Part shown: one piece after another, positions 50,019 through 58,911 of the stretch
How the letters are laid out: each line of letters opens with the position of its first letter
Numbering within the stretch: position 1 is the first letter of the stretch
Origin: Candidatus Bathyarchaeia archaeon
GTDB lineage: Archaea; Thermoproteota; Bathyarchaeia; TCS64
Assembly (NCBI GenBank): GCA_050014495.1
Contig: JBEKDF010000001.1
Coordinates: 160,001 to 224,000, forward strand
Reading direction: 5' to 3'
Length of the DNA stretch: 64,000 nucleotides
Position numbers and translations under genes: made by a program
The notes under the pieces: generated by a model
What the model saw: the letters and a program-made list of their open reading frames with translations, nothing else
What the model was told of the DNA's origin: nothing
Databases searched by the model: none

Positions 50019-50098
50019 AATGTAACATCATGGCAGTGCGTGTATAATACTTATGAAAAAACTGCGATCGTTAACCCCAATTCGATATGCATGGACCT

Positions 50099-50112
50099 AC
50101 GCTTCGAAGCGT
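50099..50112. promoter_or_regulatory. Perfect 14-bp palindrome ACGCTTCGAAGCGT between the divergent DASS and WOR genes
   Basis: Self-complementary; immediately before a CTTATC tract and about 40 nt upstream of ATG 50151. Confidence 0.35.
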
Positions 50113-50150
50113 TCTTATCACATGCCTAAGGTTACCAGATCAGTGGTTTC

Positions 50151-50672
50151 ATGGCGAAGAACATCTGGATAGCCCGAGATTACGCCGCATGCAGCGGGTG
50201 CAAGCGGTGCGAGATCGCGTGCAGCATGAAGTTCGAGGGCTGGATATGGCCCGAGGCATCAAGGGTACGTGTATTCATGCCCTTCCCCGGGTTAGAGGTA
50301 CCCCACCTGTGCGCACAGTGCGACGACTACCCCTGTGTGGCAAGCTGCCCGACGGTTGCCTTATCGACGGACCCAGTTACGAAGGCGGTCATAGTCGACA
50401 AGGAGAAGTGCACCAGCTGCGGCAACTGCATCAGGGCCTGCCCCGGCAACGTCCCCATTCTCCACCCCCTCGACAACAAGGCCACAATATGCAACCTATG
50501 CAACGGGGACCCCGAATGCGTCAAGGTCTGCGTAGAGGCTGGCTACAACGCGCTCACACTTGTGGATGAGGGCCCGAACCCGAACAGGAAGCTCTTCAGC
50601 CGCCACCCAGTCGAGGTGGCGAAGGAACTCGCCGTCTACTTCTTCGGCGAGAAGGGTGAGGAGGTAATCTAA
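50151..50672 (+). CDS. Polyferredoxin (4x[4Fe-4S]) small subunit of a WOR5-type enzyme, copy 1
   Basis: CSGCKRCEIAC, CAQCDDYPCVASCP, CTSCGNCIRACP, CNLCNGDPECVKVC. Confidence 0.9.
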   Translation: MAKNIWIARDYAACSGCKRCEIACSMKFEGWIWPEASRVRVFMPFPGLEVPHLCAQCDDYPCVASCPTVALSTDPVTKAVIVDKEKCTSCGNCIRACPGNVPILHPLDNKATICNLCNGDPECVKVCVEAGYNALTLVDEGPNPNRKLFSRHPVEVAKELAVYFFGEKGEEVI

Positions 50673-50673
50673 G

Positions 50674-52533
50674 ATGCCAAGAGGATACGCTGGAAAGTAC
50701 CTAGACGTCGACCTCACAAAGGAGAAGATAAAGGAGACAAGCTTCGATGATAAGACCCTTCAGCAGTACTTCGGGGGACGCGGGCTGGCTGCGAAGATAC
50801 TCTGGGACAGGGTAGGGAAGAGGTGGGAGACCCTCGACCCCTATGCCCCAGAAAGCCCACTCCTCATACTAACTGGCCCAATGACAGGCATCTACCCCGG
50901 CGGCAGAATATGTGTATCGGGGAAGAGCCCTGCAAGCATGGGCACAGTCGGCTCCACGGCGTCCACCGAGTTCGCACACGAGCTCCGATGCTCTGGATAT
51001 GATGGCGTCATATTCACAGGTAAGTCGGAGAAGCCCGTCTACCTCCTAGTCACCAGCGACGGGGTGGAACTCAGATCCGCTGAACACATCTGGGGCATGG
51101 TGGGTGAGGAGACCATCAAGACCCTGAACAGGGAGGTCGGGGAAGAGTTGAAAAAGCGCAATCCTAACGTGGGCATCTGGCGTGAGCCCGGCATGATCTA
51201 CATCGGCCCCGCAGGGGAGAACATGGTTCGCAACGCGGCGGTGATGACGAAGATATGCCACGCAGCCGGTTACGGTGGCTACGGCGCACTGATGGGCTCG
51301 AAGAAGCTCAAGGCAGTCGTCGCCAAGGGCAGGGGAAAAATGCCTGCTGCGGACGCCCCCGAGGCAGCCAAACTCCTCTGGAAGAGGGCGCACCAGATCC
51401 TAATCTCCAAAAGCGAAATGAGACGCTACGGCACAGGTTATGCAGGCTACACAACCGGTGCAGACACTAGTAGCGAGCCAATAAGGAACTGGCAGACGGA
51501 GTGGCACGACGAGAAGAGCTACGCCGGCCCACGCTTCGAGCAGTACTGGGTCAAGAAGAAATGGGCGGACTTCAACTGCACAACAAACTGCATGAAGGTC
51601 AGCTGCATAAAGAACGGTAAGTGGAAGGGGGACATCACAGACCTCCCCGACTACGAGCTACAGGCGTACTGTGGCACCAATCTCGGCATATTCGAGCCAT
51701 CAGATAACATACACATGAGTGCACTCATCGACAACCTCGGCCACAGCGGCATCAACGGTCCCAACACCATGGGCTTCGCTGCTGAACTATACCAGAGGAA
51801 GATACTCACGAAGAAGGACATAGGATTCGAGCTAAACTGGGGAGACACCGACGCCTTCACGAGGCTCGCGTGGATGATTGCGAAGCGCGAGGGCATAGGC
51901 GATGTCCTCGCCGAAGGCTCCTACAGAGCCGCAATCAAGATCGCAGAGATGAAGGGAAAGAAGCCCGAGGAGCTGCTGAAGTACGTCGTCCACGTGAAGG
52001 GCATCGAGATCGGCGCCCACGGGACGCGTAGCGACCAGGATTACGTCCACGACGCCAGCTACGCAGGTAATGTTCAGGGGGGAGATCATACCTCAGACAT
52101 CGGTGACGGCTATAGCGATATGAGCGGCGCCATCTTCGCCGACAGCGGCGTCTTCTGCGACTTCTGCCGGACCACCAGGGAGCTAGAGTTCGACTTCGCC
52201 AAGGCCATCACAGGCTTCCCAATAACCGTTGAGAGCTGGAGAAAGGAGACGGGTCCGAGGACTGTCACACTCCAGAGGGCGCTCCTAATGCTTGGCGGCC
52301 CGGATATGAAGTGGGAGCCGCTGAAGGACGACGACAACCCACCCCGCTTCTACGAACCCCTCCCCGAGGGCCCCTACAAGGGAAGGACGACCGACAAGAA
52401 GCTCGTCGACCAGAAACTCCAGGCCTACTTCGAGACCTTAGGCTGGGACGAGCGCGGCATCCCCAAGAGGGAGACGCTGAAGAGACTCGACCTCGCCGAC
52501 GTTGAGCCCTACATGAAGAAGCTCAGGATCTAG
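50674..52533 (+). CDS. Tungstopterin oxidoreductase (AOR/WOR family), WOR5-like large subunit 1
   Basis: GGRGL, KSP, GYDG, IGPAGEN, AGYGGYGA.MGSK.LKA, WADFNCTTNC, DYE, GGDH, W...DDDNPPRFYEPL. Confidence 0.92.
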   Translation: MPRGYAGKYLDVDLTKEKIKETSFDDKTLQQYFGGRGLAAKILWDRVGKRWETLDPYAPESPLLILTGPMTGIYPGGRICVSGKSPASMGTVGSTASTEFAHELRCSGYDGVIFTGKSEKPVYLLVTSDGVELRSAEHIWGMVGEETIKTLNREVGEELKKRNPNVGIWREPGMIYIGPAGENMVRNAAVMTKICHAAGYGGYGALMGSKKLKAVVAKGRGKMPAADAPEAAKLLWKRAHQILISKSEMRRYGTGYAGYTTGADTSSEPIRNWQTEWHDEKSYAGPRFEQYWVKKKWADFNCTTNCMKVSCIKNGKWKGDITDLPDYELQAYCGTNLGIFEPSDNIHMSALIDNLGHSGINGPNTMGFAAELYQRKILTKKDIGFELNWGDTDAFTRLAWMIAKREGIGDVLAEGSYRAAIKIAEMKGKKPEELLKYVVHVKGIEIGAHGTRSDQDYVHDASYAGNVQGGDHTSDIGDGYSDMSGAIFADSGVFCDFCRTTRELEFDFAKAITGFPITVESWRKETGPRTVTLQRALLMLGGPDMKWEPLKDDDNPPRFYEPLPEGPYKGRTTDKKLVDQKLQAYFETLGWDERGIPKRETLKRLDLADVEPYMKKLRI

Positions 52534-52571
52534 CTCCCACCACTTATATCTCACACCCTCACACTTTTCTC

Positions 52572-53509
52572 GTGGATCTACTAAGCAGATTCAAGGGTAG
52601 CCTAATAGGACTCGCTGTCGGGGACGCCCTCGGGGTCCCCGTCGAGTTCGAGCCAAGAGGTAGCTTCCCCATATAACCGGTTTCCGTGGCGGTGGCCCAT
52701 TCAACCTAAAGCCTGGTGACTGGACTGATGACACCTCCCTCGCCCTCTGCCTCGCCGAGAGCCTCATAGAAAAGATGGGTTTCGACCCTCGAGATCAGGC
52801 TGAAAAGTATGTGAAGTGGTGGAGAGAGGGGCATCTAAGCTGCACTGGGAACTGCTTCGATATAGGGAACACGACGAAGGCGAGCCTTCAGAGGTTCATC
52901 GACACCGGAAACCCATACTCCGGACCAACTGATCCCGAAACGGGAAGTAACGGATCACTCATGAGGTTAGCACCGGTGCCATTGTTCTACCACGACTCTC
53001 CACGAAGAGCCATTGAATACTCGGGACTCAGCTCCAAGACTACACACGGTGCAGATGAGGCCATAGACACCTGCAGATACCTAGGTGCACTAATCGTTGG
53101 CGCATTAAAGGGCAAGAGTAAGGAGACTCTTCTCTCACAAAGGTACGAACCCGAAAAGGAGATCTGGAGAGAAAAACCTCTAGTAGATAAGGTCGACGCG
53201 GTGGCGGGGGGTTCTTTCAAGTACTCTGAGCCACCCGTAATCATGGCACAGGGAACGGCGGTAAAGACCCTCGAAGCCGCCCTATGGGCTTTTTCGAAGG
53301 GGTCGTCCTTCGAGGAGGGGTCCCTTCTCGCTGTCAATCTGGGAGACGACTCCGATACTGTGGGCGCCGTCTATGGACAATTAGGGGGGGTATACTACGG
53401 GATCGAAAAAATTCCCACTGAATGGCTCATAGGACTTTCAAACATAGAAATAATCGAATCCATAGCTGAAAAGCTCTTCAACACCTCACAGACGCTAAAA
53501 ACAGAGTAG
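52572..53509 (+). pseudogene. ADP-ribosylglycohydrolase (DraG/ARH family) with one frameshift
   Basis: GTG 52572 gives MDLLSRFKGSLIGLAVGDALGVPVEF..., stopping at TAA 52674. One more C in the run at 52667-52670 restores PHITGFRGGGPFNLKPGDWTDDT...GSNGSLMRLAP...NLGDDSDT. Confidence 0.82.
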
Positions 53510-53644
53510 TTTCGCTTTTACCCTTTTTTTTTGAATTTCTACAATTAGATGTGTTTTTTCATGCATATCGCACCATTTGACCCACTCAGAGAAGCCTTTT
53601 ATCCCGATGATCGACTAAAATCCATAGTTACTTCTGGTGAGACG

Positions 53645-54166
53645 ATGAGCAAACCAATCTGGATAGCCCGAGACTACGCTGCCTGCAGCGGGTGCAAACG
53701 GTGTGAGCTCGCATGCAGCATGAAGTTCGAGGGATGGATGTTTCCCGAAGCCTCCATGGTCCGAGTCTTCATGCCCTTCCCCGGGGTCGAGGTGCCACAC
53801 CTCTGCGCACAATGTGCTGACTACCCCTGCGTAGCCTCCTGCGCCCCCAAAGCCCTCAGCGTGGACCCCGTCACAACCGCAGTGATCGTGGACAAGGAGA
53901 AGTGCATAAGCTGCGGAAGCTGCATAAGGGCCTGCCCGGGAAACGTACCATACCTACACCCAGAGACGAATAAGGCAGTCATCTGTAACCTCTGCAACGG
54001 TGACCCAGAGTGCGTCAAGGTCTGCGTAGAAGCAGGCTACAACGCACTAACAGTCGTACCCGAGGGACCGAACGTCAACAAGAAACTCTTCAGCAGGCCA
54101 CCCATTGAGGTGGCGAAGGACCTCGCGGTACTCTTCTTCGGCGAGAAGGGTGAGGAGGTAATCTAG
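53645..54166 (+). CDS. Polyferredoxin small subunit of a WOR5-type enzyme, copy 2
   Basis: Same 16-Cys pattern; close paralogue of 50151..50672; start at ATG 53645. Confidence 0.9.
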   Translation: MSKPIWIARDYAACSGCKRCELACSMKFEGWMFPEASMVRVFMPFPGVEVPHLCAQCADYPCVASCAPKALSVDPVTTAVIVDKEKCISCGSCIRACPGNVPYLHPETNKAVICNLCNGDPECVKVCVEAGYNALTVVPEGPNVNKKLFSRPPIEVAKDLAVLFFGEKGEEVI

Positions 54167-56035
54167 GTGCCCGGCGGATACGCGGGCAAGTTCCTCGACG
54201 TCGACCTCTCCAAGAGGAAGATAAAGGACACAACGTTCGACGACGAGACCCTCGAGATGTTCTTCGGCGGGCGCGGCCTCGCATCGAAGATCCTCTGGGA
54301 CCGCCTCGGGAAAAAGTGGGGGGACATAGATTCTCTGAGCCCAGAGAACCTCTTCTTGGCCCTGACCGGACCCATGACGGCCATATACCCCGGCGCTAGG
54401 ATAATGTGCTCGGGTAAGAGCCCTCTCAGCAACGGCATCGTGGGATCAACCGCCTCAACCGAGTTCGCATCAGAGATTAAGATGGCGGGATACGACGGGG
54501 TAATCGTATCCGGAAAAGCTGACGAGCCCATCTACATCCAGATAACAAACGAGGGCGGAGAGATTAAGAACGCGAAGCACCTCTGGGGCACGATCGGCGA
54601 GGACACGATTAAGATCCTCAACAGGGAGGTCACCACGGATCTCACCAAGAGGAAACCGTCCATCGGACTCTGGAAGGAACCAGGCATAATCTACACCGGC
54701 CCAGCCGGTGAGAACCTAGTGCGCAACGCGGCGGTAATGACGAAAATCTGCCACGCATGTGGCTACGGCGGCTACGGCGCACTGATGGGATCGAAAAACC
54801 TCAAAGCCATCGTTGCCAAGGGCAGGGGAAGGCTACCTACTGTCAACGCCCCTGAAGCCGTCAAAATCATGTGGAAGAGGACTCACGAGATCCTAATCGG
54901 TCAGGGGAGGATGCGCCGCTGGGGCACAGGCTACGGCGGTTACGTAACCGGCGCAGAGACCAGCTCCGAGCCCGTGAAGAACTGGCAAGAGGAGTGGCAC
55001 GACGATAAGAACATGGGCGGCCCAAAGTTCGAGAACAAGTTCTGGGTAAAGAAGAAATGGTCCGACTTCAACTGCACCACCAATTGCATGAAGGTCAGCT
55101 GCATAAAGTCCGGTAAATGGAAGGGAGACATCACGGACATGCCCGACTACGAGCTCGAGGCATACTGCGGGACGAACCTTGGTATATTCGACCCAGCTGA
55201 CAACATCCACATTAGCACACTTATCGACAAACTGGGCCATAGTGGCATCAATGGCCCTAACACAATGGGTTTCGCTGCGGAGTTATACCAGAGGGGCATC
55301 CTAACTGAGAAGGACTTCGGCTTCAAACCCATCTGGGGCGACGCCGAATCAATGGATAAGCTCGCCTGGCTGATCGCGAAGAGGGAGAAAATTGGCGACG
55401 TCCTCGCGGAAGGTACATATCGTGCTGCGATAAAAATCGCCAAAATGAAGAAGATGAAGTCAGAGGAGCTACTCAAGTATGCAATACATGTGAAAGGAAT
55501 CGAGATTGGTGCCCACGGAACGAGGAGCGACGCAGATTACACCCATGACATCTCCTACGCCGCCAGCGTTCAAGGTGGTGACCATACTTCCACGACCACC
55601 GACGGATACACCGATATGAGCGGCGCAGTCTTCACCGACTCAGCCGTCTTCTGCAACTTCTGCTACTTCGCAGTCCCCCAGGAACTTGTATTCGACTACG
55701 CAAAGGCAATCACAGGTTTTCCCATCTCACAGGAGAGCTGGAGGCGCGTCACAGGCCCAAGGATAGTCACGCTTCAGAAAGTATTGCTCCTCCTAGGAGG
55801 CCCAGACATAACCTGGGAACCGATCAAGGACGACGACAACCCACCACGCTTCTACGAACCCCTCCCAACAGGTCCATTCAAGGGAAAGATTACAGACAAA
55901 CAGAAGGTCGATGATAAGCTTCAGACATACTTCGCGACGCTGGGATGGGACAACAAGGGCATCCCAACGAAAGAGACATTAAAGAAACTCGGTCTCAGCG
56001 ACTGCGAAACGGTCATGAAGAAACTCAGAGAGTAA
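54167..56035 (+). CDS. Tungstopterin oxidoreductase, WOR5-like large subunit 2
   Basis: Paralogue of 50674..52533; WSDFNCTTNC, DYELEAY, GGDHT. Confidence 0.92.
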   Translation: MPGGYAGKFLDVDLSKRKIKDTTFDDETLEMFFGGRGLASKILWDRLGKKWGDIDSLSPENLFLALTGPMTAIYPGARIMCSGKSPLSNGIVGSTASTEFASEIKMAGYDGVIVSGKADEPIYIQITNEGGEIKNAKHLWGTIGEDTIKILNREVTTDLTKRKPSIGLWKEPGIIYTGPAGENLVRNAAVMTKICHACGYGGYGALMGSKNLKAIVAKGRGRLPTVNAPEAVKIMWKRTHEILIGQGRMRRWGTGYGGYVTGAETSSEPVKNWQEEWHDDKNMGGPKFENKFWVKKKWSDFNCTTNCMKVSCIKSGKWKGDITDMPDYELEAYCGTNLGIFDPADNIHISTLIDKLGHSGINGPNTMGFAAELYQRGILTEKDFGFKPIWGDAESMDKLAWLIAKREKIGDVLAEGTYRAAIKIAKMKKMKSEELLKYAIHVKGIEIGAHGTRSDADYTHDISYAASVQGGDHTSTTTDGYTDMSGAVFTDSAVFCNFCYFAVPQELVFDYAKAITGFPISQESWRRVTGPRIVTLQKVLLLLGGPDITWEPIKDDDNPPRFYEPLPTGPFKGKITDKQKVDDKLQTYFATLGWDNKGIPTKETLKKLGLSDCETVMKKLRE

Positions 56036-56069
56036 ATCTCTATTCATAAGCTATGATGGAGGACGAAAA

Positions 56070-57938
56070 ATGCCAGGTGGATATGCTGGGAAGTTCCTAG
56101 ACGTCGATCTGACGAAGGATAAGATTCGGGACGTCGTCTTTAAAGATGATTTGCTGGAGATGTTCTTCGGCGGCCGTGGCTTAGCAGCGAAGATTCTTTG
56201 GGATAGAATAGGGAAAACATGGGAGAAAATCGACCCACTCGGCCCCAAGAACCTCTTAATCGCCCTCACGGGCCCTATGACGGGAATATACCCCGGCGGG
56301 CGTATATGTGTCTCGGGAAAGAGCCCCATGAGTAACGGAACCGTGGGATCAACAGCCTCCACCGAGTTTGCTCACGAACTCAGATGCGCCGGCTACGATG
56401 GCATCATAGTCTCTGGGAAGTCTGATGAACCCGTCTACATCCAGGTCACGAACGCGGGAGGTGCAATAAAACCCGCCGGACACTTGTGGGGAAAGGACGG
56501 GGAGCAGACACTCATAGCCCTAAACAAGGAGCTAGCTGCTGAATTTGCCAAGATAAAGCCTAGCGTCGGTCTCTGGCGTGAACCGGGGATGATCTACATA
56601 GGACCCGCCGGAGAGAACCTTGTACGCAACGCAGCCGTGATGACCAAGCTATGCCACGCGTGTGGCTATGGTGGATATGGCTCAGTCATGGGTAGCAAGA
56701 ATATCAAAGCCATAGTCGCGAAGGGCCGCGGAAGGATGCCGACGCCAGATGCCCCAGAGACGGCGAAGTTGCTCTGGAAGAAGACTCATGAATGCCTCAT
56801 AGCCCGAAAACAGTTTAGACGATGGGGGACCGGCTTCGGCGGCTTCGCATTCGGCAATGGCACAAGCAGCGAGCCAATCAAGAACTGGCAGGAGGAGTGG
56901 CACAACGAGAAAAGCATCGGTGGCCCCATGTTCGAGACCAGGTACTGGGTTAAGAAGAAGTGGACCGACTTCAACTGCACAACTAACTGCATGAAGGTCA
57001 GCTGCATAAAGTCGGGCCCATGGAAGGGGGACATAACCGACATGCCCGACTACGAACTAGAGTCTCATTGCGGGACGAACTTCGGCATCTTCAACCCCGA
57101 GGAAATAATCCACCTCAGCACCCTCTGCGACCTTCTCGGTCACAGCGGAATCAATGGCATGAGTGCCATGAGCTACGCGGCCGAGCTCTACCAGCGGGGT
57201 ATTCTAACCGAGGAAGACATCGGCTTCAAACTCGAGTGGGGGAATGTTAAGGCATTCGACCGCCTGATGCGGATGGTTGCTAACCGCGAGGGCATCGGAG
57301 ATGTGATAGCTGAAGGCACCTACAGAGCCGCTATCAAGATAGCAAAAATGAAGAGGATGAAGCCCGAGGAGCTCCTCAAATACGCCGTCGTAGTAAAGGG
57401 GATTGAGGTCGGCGCCCATGGCACCCGAAGCGACGCAGACTTCGCTCATGATATAGGCTACGCGGCAAGTGTCCAAGGCGGAGATCACTCGAGCCTCGTT
57501 TACGACGGATACACGGACATGTCGGGTAGTATCTTCGCCGACTCTGGTGTCTTCTGTAGCTTTGCATACAATGGGGTACCACAAGAGCTCGTATTCGATT
57601 TCGCCAAGGCAATCACCGGCTTCCCCATAGACATTGAAAGCTGGAGGCGCGTCACAGGTCCAAGGATAGTGACCCTGCAGAAGGTGTTGCTCCTCCTAGG
57701 AGGCCCAGACGTGACTTGGGAGCCGATCAAGGACGACGACAACCCACCACGCTTCTACGAACCCCTCCCAACAGGTCCTTTCAAGGGAAAAACAACCGAC
57801 AAGGCCCGAATTGATAAGAAGATGCAGATCTACTTCCATACCCTCGGCTGGGACGAGCGCGGCATCCCCCTGAAAGAGACCCTTGTCAAGATGGGGCTCA
57901 ATGACTGCGAACCAGCCATGGCGAAACTCAGACGCTAA
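56070..57938 (+). CDS. Tungstopterin oxidoreductase, WOR5-like large subunit 3
   Basis: Paralogue; WTDFNCTTNC, DYELESH, GGDHS; GGAGG RBS. Confidence 0.92.
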   Translation: MPGGYAGKFLDVDLTKDKIRDVVFKDDLLEMFFGGRGLAAKILWDRIGKTWEKIDPLGPKNLLIALTGPMTGIYPGGRICVSGKSPMSNGTVGSTASTEFAHELRCAGYDGIIVSGKSDEPVYIQVTNAGGAIKPAGHLWGKDGEQTLIALNKELAAEFAKIKPSVGLWREPGMIYIGPAGENLVRNAAVMTKLCHACGYGGYGSVMGSKNIKAIVAKGRGRMPTPDAPETAKLLWKKTHECLIARKQFRRWGTGFGGFAFGNGTSSEPIKNWQEEWHNEKSIGGPMFETRYWVKKKWTDFNCTTNCMKVSCIKSGPWKGDITDMPDYELESHCGTNFGIFNPEEIIHLSTLCDLLGHSGINGMSAMSYAAELYQRGILTEEDIGFKLEWGNVKAFDRLMRMVANREGIGDVIAEGTYRAAIKIAKMKRMKPEELLKYAVVVKGIEVGAHGTRSDADFAHDIGYAASVQGGDHSSLVYDGYTDMSGSIFADSGVFCSFAYNGVPQELVFDFAKAITGFPIDIESWRRVTGPRIVTLQKVLLLLGGPDVTWEPIKDDDNPPRFYEPLPTGPFKGKTTDKARIDKKMQIYFHTLGWDERGIPLKETLVKMGLNDCEPAMAKLRR

Positions 57939-57985
57939 CCTTTTCCCATCAAACTTTATCTCCCCCTGCATCGTGATTGGTTACG

Positions 57986-58261
57986 ATGAAAGTTACAGTC
58001 CGCGTCTTCGGCGACGTCTCACAGGTTATCGGTAGGAGACACGAGGTAGAACTGCAGGAGACCGCGACCATCACCACACTCGCAGCGAGGGTCGGTGAGA
58101 AGACGGGGCAGCGACAAGGTTACCTAGGCGACTTCCATGTGGGAGGGAAAGATCTCGCCATACTACTCAATGGAAAGAGCATAGACCTGCTCGATGGCAC
58201 CCAGACGAAACTTAAGGATGGCGACGAGGTCGTAATCATGCAGCCGACAGCCGGCGGCTAA
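57986..58261 (+). CDS. MoaD/ThiS/SAMP ubiquitin-like sulfur carrier
   Basis: Beta-grasp pattern (V.VRVFG, ILLNG, L.DGDEV) ending in PTAGG. Confidence 0.9.
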   Translation: MKVTVRVFGDVSQVIGRRHEVELQETATITTLAARVGEKTGQRQGYLGDFHVGGKDLAILLNGKSIDLLDGTQTKLKDGDEVVIMQPTAGG

Positions 58262-58740
58262 GGCCGGATTAGAACTTCGGCTTCTATCTCAACGGGTATC
58301 CCGAAAGGGAGTTCAGCTAGCCCGACAGCAGACCGGGCATGTATCCCAGCCTCCTTCCCCCAAACCTCGATTATCAGATCAGAGAACCCATTGATGACGG
58401 CGGGTTGGTTCCTGAAACCGGGCGCCGAGTTCACCATCCCGAATACCCTTAACCATTTTTCTACCCGATCGAGATCGGCAAGCTCTTGTTTCAAGCTCGC
58501 TATGATAGCTAGCCCGGTTTGTCTCGCTGATTTGTAAGCTTCATCCTGTGAGACCTCTGCCCCAACCTTTCCGAGTTTGGTCGTGAGTGAACCATCGGAG
58601 TTCGTTGGGCCATGTCCTGAGATGTAGGCTCGGTTCTCGTGTACTCTTACGAATGGGAAGGTCTGTCGAAAGGTTGCGGGAACTTTCGTAGGCTCTGGGA
58701 GAATTAAGCCAAGTTCATCTAGTCTTGCTTCAATCTTCAT
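58258..58740 (-). CDS. RidA/YjgF-family protein
   Basis: YISGHGP, GKVG, GMVN, VINGFSDL, HARSAVG..ELP..IPVEIE. Confidence 0.88.
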   Translation of the reverse strand: MKIEARLDELGLILPEPTKVPATFRQTFPFVRVHENRAYISGHGPTNSDGSLTTKLGKVGAEVSQDEAYKSARQTGLAIIASLKQELADLDRVEKWLRVFGMVNSAPGFRNQPAVINGFSDLIIEVWGKEAGIHARSAVGLAELPFGIPVEIEAEVLIRP

Positions 58741-58911
58741 CTAGATTCAATAGTGAGTTTCATTACACGCGATTTAAAAGCACCTAACTCTCATGTTATC
58801 CCTGAACACTCCTCTTTTTTCCTTCACTATAAATCGATGTGTAGTTTGAAACATCTCGAAGGTGATATCCTTATCAGTCTTCACAATTCTCTGGTATCAG
58901 GTGAACAATCC

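Noticed and set aside
52662..52676. Programmed -1 ribosomal frameshift in the DraG-like gene
   Set aside because: The sequence does not match an X XXY YYZ slippery heptamer; an indel or assembly error is simpler.
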